From Nymphaea colorata (Eukaryota), in the NCBI RefSeq assembly GCF_008831285.2, contig NC_045138.2, forward strand, positions 31,248,001-31,312,000: a DNA stretch of 64,000 nucleotides. The letters run 5' to 3'. The translations under genes and the position numbers were made by a program. The notes beneath the pieces were generated by a model. That model saw only the letters and a program-made list of their open reading frames with translations. It made no database searches and was not told the DNA's origin. How positions within the stretch are numbered: position 1 is the first letter of the stretch; each line of letters opens with the position of its first letter. Positions 24,482 to 36,289 of this stretch are shown one piece after another.

Positions 24482-24866
24482 ACAACTATGCTTGTTGGAT
24501 GAGATTCTGCAATGTTGTTGTATGGCAACCTTATGGCAATTGATGTTGCTTTTTTTCTCTCAAGAGTATGTAAACCTTGCATTGGAGAAAATTAGCGAAT
24601 ATGAAAAAGTTCGCTTGAAGGTATCTTCCAAGCTGGTAATTGCTACATCATTGTGTATAAGTATGAATGGTTTTTTGTACATAGCACATTTAACTGATAC
24701 CAAAATTTGTGGTTTAGCCGTTTAGGTTCTAATTATATTGTCTGCTATTCTTGGCTAGCAATACATGAGTATCATAGACATTAGGTAGTTTTTTCTACAA
24801 ATTATTTCAGCACTAGAATCAAGCATCACTTGTGGAAGGACTTATCTTTGTTGCTATCCCCTTTCC

Positions 24867-25904
24867 GGGCCCGTTTGATGGGCAGGAAATTTAGTAGCAG
24901 AGGGAATTTATTTCAAATTTTTAAAAATTTTTCCAATCCATCAAACATGGAAAAAAATTTTGGACCGTTGGAGGTGATTATGGAACTATATTTCCGGAAA
25001 AAATTTTCCAGCTAGAGGGGTGGAAAAATGTTTCCAGAAATATTTTTTTGACCGTTGGAGGAAGGAGGAGGAATGGATGGGTTGGAGGAAGGAGGATGAA
25101 TGGACGGGGAGGAAGAAGAAGGGAAGGAGGGAGGAAGAAGAAGGGAAGAAGGGAGGAAGAAGAAGGGAAGAAGGGAAGGAGGGAGGAGGAAGAAGGGAAG
25201 GAAGGAGGAGGAGGGAGGAAAGAAGAAGGGAAGGAGGGAGGAGGAAGAAGGGAATGAAGGAGGAGGAGGGAGGAAAGAAGAAGGGAAGGAGGGAGGGCAT
25301 CATCCGTCGCCCAGCACCTCACGCCCAGCACAGTCGTCATCTTCCTCTCCTCACGCCCAGCACCGTCATCGTCTTCCTCTCCTCACGCACAACACCTCAC
25401 GCCCAGCACAGCATCTAGCAGTGGAAGAAGGGAAGAAGGGGAGAAGAGGAAGAAAGGGGAAAGAGGAAGAGGGGAAGAAAGGGGAAAGAGGAAGAACGAA
25501 GGGAAAGCGGAAAGAGGAAGAAGGGAAGAAGAAAGGGGAAAGAGGAAGAAGGAAAGAAGAAAGGGGAAAGAAGAAGGGAAGAAGGAAAGAAGAAAGGGGA
25601 AAGAGGAAGAAGGGAAGAAAGGGGAAAGAGGAAGATTCCACCGATTCCATTTTTTTTTTCATCTCCATTCCAATTTCACGCACAGCACCTCTTTTCCCTT
25701 CCTTCTTCCTCTTTTCCCTTTGTTTCCATCGATTCCAATTTTTTTTCATCAAACAAAGAAATTTTTTTCCAGAAAAATAATTCTTCTATAACAAACACAA
25801 GGTGGTTTTGGAAATATGGAATTTTATTTCCTATTCATCAATTCCAGAAATTTTTTTCTGGAAATTTTTTTCCATTTCCATGTTTCCAGCCATCAAACGG
25901 CCCC
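24867..25904. mobile_element. Tourist/PIF-Harbinger-like non-autonomous element carrying a long polypurine tract
   Basis: TIRs GGGCCCGTTTGATGG / CCATCAAACGGCCCC; interior GAAG/GGAG low-complexity blocks at about 25057-25300 and 25420-25635. TSD not evident. Confidence 0.75.
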
Positions 25905-26321
25905 TGAATTATTAGAACAAGAACAAGTATACATGTTAATAGAATTAGGTGGGAACAAGATCGCAATTAGATATAAATGGATTAATTGCTCATCTAAGAG
26001 ATATTTAACACAAAAAACATAGAACCTTGGGGGAAATTGAAGGTGAAAGGATGAGAAAAATAGAAAAGATGAAAAGGACAACTCTTAAACGTTGAGCTTC
26101 CCATTACCAATAAAAGAAGCCTCTCATTAGTCACTAATGAGAAATTGGTTCCCTTAAATTGCTTTCTCTCGGAAGAAGGTCGGAGTCTCCAGAGCACTTT
26201 GCATGTAAAATACAGACATGCATGCATGCACACACATTTGGAAAATAGATGTCCTTTACTTCACAGGTTAGATAATTGACCTTTTTGGGCATATGTCATG
26301 ATGACAATTCTAGATAGAGAT

Positions 26322-26658
26322 CTGTCACATGGATGCTCCTAAATGGCTGCCGCTTCTGTGTCGCACCCGTGTTGGTGCTAGTGCTTCTTCTGCACACCAT
26401 GTCTGGTTCGGTCAGCCAAACCGAGACAAAATTGATTATTTTAAATGCACACATGACTAAGTTAGCTCTAATGCGAAAAGTTTATATGTAAATATACATA
26501 AATATGACTACTAAACAGTTGATTAATTATGTAACAAATGATATATATTTACACACACACACATAAACATCCTCGCCCTACGTGCATTTAAATGTTTTTG
26601 AAAAATTACTGCATTGACACTCACATCAGTACCTGCACCCCGTACCCATGTGATATAG
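26322..26658. mobile_element. MITE of the same family as 24066-24481
   Basis: CTGTCACATGG...CCATGTGATATAG flanked by a perfect 8-bp ATAGAGAT duplication. Confidence 0.8.
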
Positions 26659-27228
26659 ATAGAGATAATTCCTACTTGAAGAAGCCATCAGTCAAACCTG
26701 TTGCTCCTAGATTCGGGTTTGAGCCTGTCATGCTATAACAAGATCTAGACAAAGGCCCAAATGCACCTTGATTCAACTGACTACCTGCTGGACCCCTGGT
26801 CCTCCATGGACGAGTATAACTTGGTACATTGATTTGAAGATTTGTTGCACCAAATATGGATGAGCTCATCTAAGATTGTCCATCTGAAATTTTAGTTTTC
26901 TAATTTTAGGTTATTTTCAAAGTGAATATAGATTTTCCCAGTTATAGTGTGTTGCAAGCTTTTGGGTTTAGGTCTGGCTAGCATTAATTTTCTATTTTTT
27001 TTTCTTTTTGCTTCTTGTGAGTTTTCTTGGAGTTATTGAATTCCATGGGTTCAGTCAGTCGGGCCTGTGACTGGCTCAACCTATGGCCAAATATCTTTTT
27101 GGTTAACCTAAAGTTGAAAATTTTGTTTGTTGGATTATATCTGGATTTATAAGGAATCATGTAAAGTGCCAGGCCTTGTGTTTTGATCCTCTTATGGTTC
27201 TTTTCATATGTATTTTTTGTGTTACAGC

Positions 27229-27675
27229 ATGGCTGAAAAGGGTGGTACAGATAGGGAACTGACAAATGAGCAGGCCATTGCTAATGCATATGGTGTCATG
27301 AGGTCAGAGATTAACCAACTGTACTCAAAGATCACAGAGCTGGAGATGGAAGTTAGTGAGCACTCGCTTGTGATTAATGCGATTCAGCCACTTGACCCAT
27401 CAAGAAAGTGCTACCGGATGATTGGTGGTGTGCTGGTTGAAAGAACAATCAAGGAGGTCTTGCCTGCCGTTCAGCGCAACATGGAGGGATTAAAAGAGGT
27501 AATTTCTCAGCTTAACGAAGCCTTGGAGAAAAAGAAGCAGAAATTACTTGAGTTTGAAACCAAATACAAGATCAGGATAAAGAAAGGTGACAACGAATCA
27601 CAAGATGAAGGTGCACGCAAGGAAGGCTCTGCACAGGGTGTGTTGGTCGGCCCTGCCAGCACTGAAAAAGAGTGA
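27229..27675 (+). CDS. PFD2: Prefoldin subunit 2, 148 aa
   Basis: MAEK...NEQAIANAYGVMRSEINQLYSKITELEMEVSEHSLVINAIQPLDPSRKCYRMIGGVLVERTIKEVLPAVQRN...KYKIRI...SAQGVLV. A splice acceptor (TGTTACAG, ends 27227) lies just before the ATG, implying a 5'-UTR intron. Confidence 0.95.
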   Translation: MAEKGGTDRELTNEQAIANAYGVMRSEINQLYSKITELEMEVSEHSLVINAIQPLDPSRKCYRMIGGVLVERTIKEVLPAVQRNMEGLKEVISQLNEALEKKKQKLLEFETKYKIRIKKGDNESQDEGARKEGSAQGVLVGPASTEKE

Positions 27676-28780
27676 CATCTTGGAAGTCTCTGCACAAGGT
27701 GTATTTGTGGACCCCTGCTGACAATGAAATGGAAGTACGATAAATATTCTCTGAAGGAAAATATTCTACCTCCTTCCCATCGAATTAGTTGCGTGAAATA
27801 TGCAGGTTTTGGTTGTTATTTTTGTTTCTTGACAGTCAAATTTTGCAACGGATTGTTCGGCACGTCAGTGATGTCAAAAGAAGCTTATCTTCTGGTTTCC
27901 TACTAATTGTAAAATTGAACTTCCAGGGTTTGGTTCACCTAAGGTTTGCCATAGGCAAAAATTTGGCTCCAAGAAAAATGTTGTCACGTATGATTGCTGT
28001 AGAGGTTTACCTCTAACAAAGAAAAGGATCCTAGCAGCAACGACGAAGGTAGCATTAGAATGGAGACAAAACTTTTTAGTGACAATTTTGTGATAATTGC
28101 TGTCTTCATTCAACATCAACAATGGGGCTGTCACTGTTACCGCCAAATCAATCCTGTTGTTACTGTTAGAAGGACAATTACATATTAGAGGGTGATTAGC
28201 TTTCCGTTAATAAATTGTACTCCGGTGTTCATATATTTTTAAGTAGCTTCCAGTTGATGCCATGTGGTTGACGCGTATAACTACCCAAATGCTCTTATAC
28301 AGTATCACAAGCCATAAGAAGTTCACCATCTAATTTTTTGTAAAGCTACAAAAGCATTACTAGTGAGATAATGAAGCGCCCCTAATCAAGCTTTTATCAG
28401 CGTTAGTCAAAATTATGAATGAAAGTTTTTTCCTTATTCCATTTTCACACAAAGAAATCACACTTACGACGTCAGACTTAGTCGCACTCCAAACAACATA
28501 AAATTTCGTGGATGTAAGTCCACTTCCATATCCTATACTGCTTAAGCTTGCACAAAAGGTTCCTCAGATCTTATACCTGCTTAGGCTTGTGCAGAAGGTG
28601 ATGCAATGAGATTTAGATATGTTTTAGATAAAGACTGAGAATGGGACTTAATAATCATCTCAGATATTGACCTTGCCCTTGTATTTTTCATGAAAGCATG
28701 AAGAATTTGCAGCGTGGGGTGATTTGATCATCGTCCTTCCCTAAACAAACCATGCCAATACCGTCTGTGACAATGATCAA

Positions 28781-29341
28781 TGAGATGTAAATGGATCAGA
28801 TTCATATCGAATATCAAATTGCTTTAAAAAGTTGGATATAGAAATAAATTTAAAATCAAATTAAGTAATAGGATTGGATTCAGATTTAAGAAATGGCATC
28901 CTATCATATTCAGATTTGGGTTCAGTTTTAAATAAATATCTCATCGAATTCGTATTGGATTCAGTTTTAAATAAGTGTCATATATCTAATATCTAATGCG
29001 TTTTGACAATATGTTCTTAACATGTCATAATGCAGTTCAGATTGGGTTTTTTGTATTTCTGATCCAATTCTGCCAGGAGATGGCTCTCATCCTTTTATTA
29101 CCAGTCCAAACAAAGAATTACAGATCCACTTGCGTATTTAATAGTTAGATTCGGATCCAGATGTGAATCTACAATCAGATTTGGATCGGACTTCAAATTA
29201 TGGATTTAAAAATCAGATTAGGTTATGGTATAAAACTTTTCTTCATTCAAATTTGAATCAGATTTTAATCCGAACATGTAAACATCAGATAAATCGGATT
29301 TGATCAAGGGAATTTCATATTCCAATCGATTGACATCCCTA
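28781..29341. mobile_element. hAT-type MITE (TAGGGATGTCAA family)
   Basis: Right end TTGACATCCCTA, degenerate left end TGAGATGTAAA, flanks ATGATCAA / CTGATCAG; interior similar to 8426-8814. Confidence 0.65.
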
Positions 29342-31631
29342 CTGATCAGTCCATTTCAATTGAAGCAACATCCAACTTGTTTAAGGGATTCATATTTATA
29401 AGAAATTAGACAAGAGAGAGAGAGAGAGAGAGATTTTCTTGCGAACCATCCTTTTAGGCATCAATAGCTATTTTTCAGTTGAGATAATTTGGATACGGAT
29501 TTAAGGTCTACTTCGTCACCAATACATGGAATTTTGTGCCCAGAAAAAGGGAATCTCTTATTACCAAACTTGAACGCAATCTCCGGCTAGATTTTTGACA
29601 ACTTGGAAAGGATATTAAAATTCAAAATACTTAGGCTATTGCGTTTCAACAAATAATCAATGATCTATAACCTTAATTTACGTCCTTTACAATAGTTTAG
29701 TAAGGGGCCTAATGTCATGCATCCTAAGAGAGTGTTTGGTAATAGGAATACTGATACCATATTGCATGAATATGTCTCATCCTAAGAGAGTACTTTGTGT
29801 ACCTAATGTCATGCATCCTAAGAGAGTGTTTTCCACCTCCGTTTTCATCAGATGCCTAGAGTTCTACATGCTTAAGCGAAAAAACAGGCGTCACCCAGAA
29901 GTGAAGAATGTCCCTTCTATCAAGCACATGCAACAAGACAAAGACTTATTAGAAGTCGCCCAATGGGCTTCCACTTGGATGTTCAGAGTCCTAATCTGAA
30001 CGTCTCTATTAATATTTATTGACCTTATCTATCGACCATAGGTACATTCTATGGGCGATGCACCGATAACATGCACGTCAACTAGACAAATGAGGATTCT
30101 TTTACTTTACTGAATATGTTTAAATATTAGTTAATTTTTTAGTTCAATTGCGTATCAAAGATATATTATCCTTAAGGTTCTGTTGCGAGATGTTCACAAC
30201 ATGAACAACGCATATATCTTAAATTCATAGCAATATATATATATTTATATATATGAATGCTAGGTGAGCCACCAGACGGTACACAAAGCACAAAGTAGTT
30301 TTGACTAATTTCCATCGGCGACTGTATAGTCACATGCCTTTCATAGTCGCCTATTCATAGACAAATGTAGCAAAAAAGCAAGTCAAACATTTGTTGTCCA
30401 AACTTAGCAAACAGGTTTGGTTAGATACCTGCCCAAGCCAATCCCCGTCTTCTCTGCAAATCCCACTTGTGTTTTAAATTTTACAAGGAATGTTTAAAAA
30501 TACCATGAACTTAAGTAATCTTTTCCATGACATTTGTGCTAAAATCAGCGTGATTATCAAAATCACCACTTGCCCATCACTCCCAAAAGAAAAAGAGGTT
30601 CCTCGAAAGCCTACAGGTATTGTTCTCCTGTACTCCACTCTGCAGATCAGGAACCAACAGCAGCAACACAGTTGTCACCCATCGTAGATCTTCTCGCCGC
30701 AAATTGTTAGAACTCTCCTTACGCACGCCAACAGGAAGCTGACCAGTAACATGAACTCAGAGGATTTCAATCAGCTGGTCTGTTTCACTTTCATCATACA
30801 TGAAAAGGACCCTCCCACTTGTCCGCCATTGCCATCAGAAAACGTACATAAGCCAATCTGGTTTTCTGATTGGTTGCCCAAGCACCAAATCTACGTCGCT
30901 TCCTTCAACTTGAAGATCTTAAGCTGCCACACCAAACAGGTGGACCGTAATAACCAAAGAATTATCAACATCCAATTTGATGTGCAAATAGGCTTTGCCA
31001 TTTCCATGAGACACCTGATAATAGTTATCATTAGTATCGACATCTGTCTCAATTGGTAGTTACCATGGTACATCTGAAAAAGTAGCTTTTTTTTTTTTGA
31101 GCCTGAATTGTAAGTATTGTAAGTAGCAAAGCGACTACTGCATCTTGAAACACCGGACAATCCATGTCCTCTGTTCGATGTTTGCAGTCACTGCAAAATA
31201 AGAGCGCATAGAACATACAGAGCTGAAGAAAGATCATGTATTTGCCGTGACGTGAGAATCGATGGAGGTTTTACGTACATATAACGCATATGGTTACGGC
31301 GCAGGGCTTGAAATACATAAAGCATGTTAAGAGACAGCACCCGACCTTTGATCACGTCCAAAGGAATCCATGAATCTTCAAACACTGTTGATAGCTAAGG
31401 AATCTATAAGCTTCTCTCTAAATTCAGCAAGAAATAATACTAATATAAAATGCAGTAACTGCAAAATACACAGATTTCCAAAATTAAAAAAAAAAACATA
31501 GGAAAATATATATATTATATAACAAGGTCAAATATTCTACAGAGCAATGGAAATTACAGTAACACGTGCCAAGGTGCAAGTCCTGGCAAGCAAAACCTGT
31601 ATCATGCCAACAAATAGAACAACTTCAGGCT

Positions 31632-34600
31632 TCAATGCGGGCCTTTGTGCTTAGGCCTCCATTGAGTTCGTCCTCGTACAAGCTCAGCCCCATCTTCCAG
31701 CCGAAGCAAGTGGGTGCACTCCAAACCAGAACTGGGTGTTTCCTTATCAGATAAGCTTGTCAGCGACTGCACAATGCTATTACGTACACATTCCCGCCTA
31801 TACTCGAGGGTCATACTCGCCAACTCATAGCTTTCAAGAATGGATATTGGTGCACTCTACAAAGGCCAAACAGAAGATGTATTATTATACATACAAGCAA
31901 CAGACACACGGAGAGAAAGAGAGAGAGAGAGACCATAAAGCTTCAAAGAACAAGTCCAAACATTTTCAAGTTTCAACCTCTAAAATCCTATTTACACAAC
32001 AGAGAAGGATTTCTGCATAGACGTGGAAGCTTCATCCGCATGACTAGTATTATGAGTTTTTACTCGAGGATTCCAAACTGTTAACATATACACCAACATG
32101 CAACAATCCTAAGTACAGTTAAGGTCCATAAGCAGCAATAACTGCATGAATGGGACCTTCATGATTAAAAAACCAAAATCAACTCAAACATCAATCTAAT
32201 TTCACGCACAAAGCTGATTTCATGAAGACTTAAAGTAAAGGATCTGGTTTTCCTACCGACAAAATCTGATCCGTGCAACCAAAAAAAACAAGATTTTTTA
32301 ATCATGAAACATAAAGTTCGCATGCTTATGGTTGGTTTAATTAAAATAAATTTGTGCTTGTAAATTACAGCTACTGCTCGTCACCCTCAGATGTACAGAA
32401 TCAGTTTGACCAACAGTCCACATCGGATACCAAACTACACAAAAGCAGGGTTGAGGTCTTGGTGGACATGCAGGCCAGAATTAACCTTTCGGAGACCACA
32501 AATTTCATGTGATTTGATAGTGCAGATGCACACCACACACACATACATCCCAACAAGGAAAAGTCCAAAGAAGTGATGTCCAATTGAAAAGCATTATGAA
32601 GTCCAAAATGCAATTAGAACTAGAAAAGGAAGAACACAAGTTTGGAATTAAGACAGATAAAGCCAGAAACTACGTCAAGAATCCAGTGCCTGCACCTACA
32701 ACTGAGAGAGTTACCTCAAGTATCCAGTTTATGTATTTGACATTGTTAACATGTTGGTTGACATCCAGATCGTACCAACGAGGCTGCAATTAGAGATGAC
32801 AAAGTTATATCATAACTAAATTTAGGCACACCAATAGGTTACATGGGTACCTCAAGGAGGAAGTACAAAATTGGAGGGAAAACATGGTCGCCGCCAATCC
32901 AAGCTTACCATTAGGCCAGTTCGAACGCCATCTGCAGTTGTGTCATCAAGTTTAGGCAATTTCCCACCATCCTCATCAATGATAGGTGCAGCCTCAAAGA
33001 AATAAGGCCCTATTTCTCCTCTCACTTCATCTGGCATTTTTGACAATTTCCTTGTTCCTTTATTCATCATCACCCAGACACTGAACCAAAAAAAGATCAG
33101 AAGATGATAAGCTTGTCTCAATATGAGAAAACCTATGTATGGTCTGTGAGTTAAAAACATGCTTCACAATTCAGTTCTGTATTATCCATATCATCCTTGA
33201 CAGCTTTCAGCCAACATTAGAATAGCATTGCTGATGCATTACAGTCAATGAAGCAACATAATATAGTTGTCAGCAAGAATGCCTGAGAAATCAAACAAGC
33301 AGGATAGTCTTCAAAGTTTCTTAGTCACAACTCCAACATCTAGCCATTGACTATTCTAAGGTGGTAGTAGAAATGACGGAAGCACATGAAGGCTGCTGCA
33401 TCTTGAAGGAAATGGAGATTATTATGACAACAAGAAGGCAAACAGGCTGATGAATTTTCAGTTATCCAAAGAACAGAGTCCAAAGTACCAAGCTTCTAAT
33501 ATTTAAGTGGTGAGGACTCTGCAGGATGGTTTAGAATGGAATGATAGCAGATGTGTTGTACCCTTCTATACTGGTAGGAATCTGCCCAGCCCCAGCTTGA
33601 CCATTAATAGGAAGGACCAACACATCCATCCATTGAGTAACAAAATACAAGGGCGAAAGATATTAGACCTGGTAGCTCTTGCCACAGTTTCTCTTGTGTT
33701 ACAATCACGTACACACCAATCACGACGCATGCCATTCTTTCCTGATGAGCCAACCCATGTATCCACCTCAACAATATCACCCCTGAAAGATATCAAGAGC
33801 ACTCAAATACCCTCTTTAAAAGAGAATTGATTCATTAAAAATTTAAAGTACAGAACCAACTTAACTTCAGCCAAAGAAAGGGAAAAAGAACATACATGTT
33901 TTGCAGATGAGATGATCGCTTCACTTTGTCTACTATGTGCTTCATTTAATATAATGCAATAATTTTATTCATGCTTTCATATTCTAAGCAGCAACCAACA
34001 GATTCAGATCTATTGGACTTTTTCATTAGTCATTTCAGTATAGATCAGCAGACAGCAGATGCAACTAGGCAATCATTGAGAAAGCTAATTATACAAGTCT
34101 AACTGTATCTAACTGTAACCTAACCAAATTACACTTTTTCAATTAAAAAAAATTTCACCTCCACAATGCCAATCAGAGCCACAAATATTGTGATATTTCC
34201 AAAAATATAGCAATATTAACGAAAAATTAAAAAAAAAACATGAGAAAAATATGCGATATTTTAAATAACATTAAAAATGAATTTATTTGTGATTTTATCG
34301 CGAATTTATCGTGATTTTTTCAAGATTTTTTCATTTTTTGTTTTTGTATTTGTCAACTTTTGTTTCATTGTTTTATTTATTACTTTATCATTTTAGCAAG
34401 ATATTTTATGTCTTCTTATTAGTTTCTCGTTTATTTTATTTTCACCTAATACTTTGAATTTTTTATTTAAAAAAAAAATCTAATATTTGCTCATAAAAGA
34501 TAGCTTTGTCGAAGAATACGTTAGAAAAACCTTGCTCATAAAAACCTGAGAACGATATTTGTAATAATGATGTATACAATTAAAAGAACAAAGAGTTCAT

Positions 34601-36289
34601 ATGTAATAGCAATGAAAAAGGAAAGGCACGCATGCATATGTCCAACTTCGAACTTTATCAAATTCTATGTCATCCAAGGGATTTGTGGCCAACCTAGAAA
34701 AATAGGATGGTATATCTAAGTACAAATATAAGAACAAAAATAAGAAGGCATTAAATGGTTTGACTAAAAGCTCAATTCTGAGCAGGGAAAGAAACATAAC
34801 TAAAGTTGTAACAACGATCAATATCACAATCATGTTCACGAATCAACCCATATTAAATGATAACCATATATATAATTATATATGTGTTAATTTTTAAGGA
34901 ATATAAATAATATTCCTGTAAACAAACATAACTCCACCACTCCCAGCTTTCCCCAAATCATGCAAATTCATACGCGGACAATGGAAGACATTAGCAATCA
35001 AATGGCCTGAAGACTATCACAGGTGAACAACACAGTTAGACATTAAACCAACTACTTTCTAACTAACTATACTGATCGATTATATAGGACCCATTAAACT
35101 CTAAGCATCAGAGTTCCTCACTCACAACATCAAAGTGCAATTGAAACAGAGGTTACATCAGCGGAGCAACTTTAACTTGTTGAGAAAAGGAGGAACACAG
35201 TTGCATTAATATAACTCGCCAAACATTAGAATTATTCAACGAATTCCACAACATGGGAATTGAACTGCTTCAGTGATTGTACCCAACCACCATAGTATGC
35301 ATGCATAAGTTCATAGCATGTTATTGCAATTTCGGTCAAGATCAAGAATGAGAGGCGGACAAATATAAAATTTTGATTAATGTTCTCAACATGGAAAAGA
35401 CCCTATGCTTATTGGCCATCATGCAGAAGGGAGGCAAGCATCTACAGCACAACATGTCTAGTTTTATTTGTCTGGAAATAGAGTCGCCAAATTCAGAAGA
35501 TAGATAACAAAAGAAACATACCATGATGGGTATCGGTCAACAACAATCTGCATGCGAGTGACAACCCATATTAAACCTCTCTTAGACATCTCAGGTGTTG
35601 AACCAAAACCATCTCCCAAGAGTCCGGCGCGCTTGACATGGTTGAGAGATGTTTCCTAGTTCGTCAAGATAATAATTCAATAGGCAGTACAGAGGTGAGA
35701 AATATCATTCCAAATTCAAGCCTATGACGGAGCCGTTACCACTTACTTGTAGATGATTCATCAATGTCTCTATGGAAGCCGTCCTGTCTGCTCCAATTTC
35801 ATAAGACCTAATAGGAAAATTCTGCCTAAACACAAATCCGTCATGAACTATTCTCCCAAACCCGAATGTTTCCATCAGCATGTCCGGCCTCTTCGGCTTC
35901 CAGTCAAAATTAATTAATTGCTTCTCCGCAGCTAAAACCATCGCTGTTATCGCAGCAAGCAACACACTCCAATCTGGCAATTGATTGATAATCGTTTTCC
36001 CTTGCTGTGAAGAAGATGAATAAGAAGGAAACTCATCCTCATCCATCAGACCTGCAGCCTTGCCATTGTCAGTTGTCGTGAACACCACCTTGCTACCGTT
36101 GATTTTTGGAGCTGCATGGGCATTTGTCTTAACCTGAATCCCACCAGCATTTGGTTTTAGTTTGATCCCGTTTGCACTCAAGTTGTTAGGGCCAGATGCA
36201 AGCGCCGCCTTGGGCTTAAACCGGTAGACATCTGGTGAAATCAAGGCCGTGGCAGCTGCAAAAATGGCAGCAGCAGCAGCTACAACCAT
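31632..36289 (-). CDS. FATB: Palmitoyl/acyl-ACP thioesterase FATB, plastid-targeted, about 418 aa
   Basis: Exons (minus) 36289-35747, 35655-35522, 33782-33669, 33080-32909, 32783-32715 and 31856-31632 join in frame (543+134+114+172+69+225 nt). Motifs LPDWSVLLAAIT, FRQNFPIRSYEIGADRTASIETLMNHLQE, DLDVNQHVNNVKY, LEYRREC, RGRTQWRPK. Confidence 0.96.

Noticed and set aside
24978..25780. Several long K/R/E/G-rich and F/P/S/L-rich ORFs
   Set aside because: Artefacts of the polypurine low-complexity tract inside a TIR element.
30300..31600. Possible extra minus-strand exons downstream of the FATB stop (several TTTTGCAG/TTTCAG acceptor-like sites)
   Set aside because: I could not pair them with convincing donors or a coding frame; RNA data are needed.
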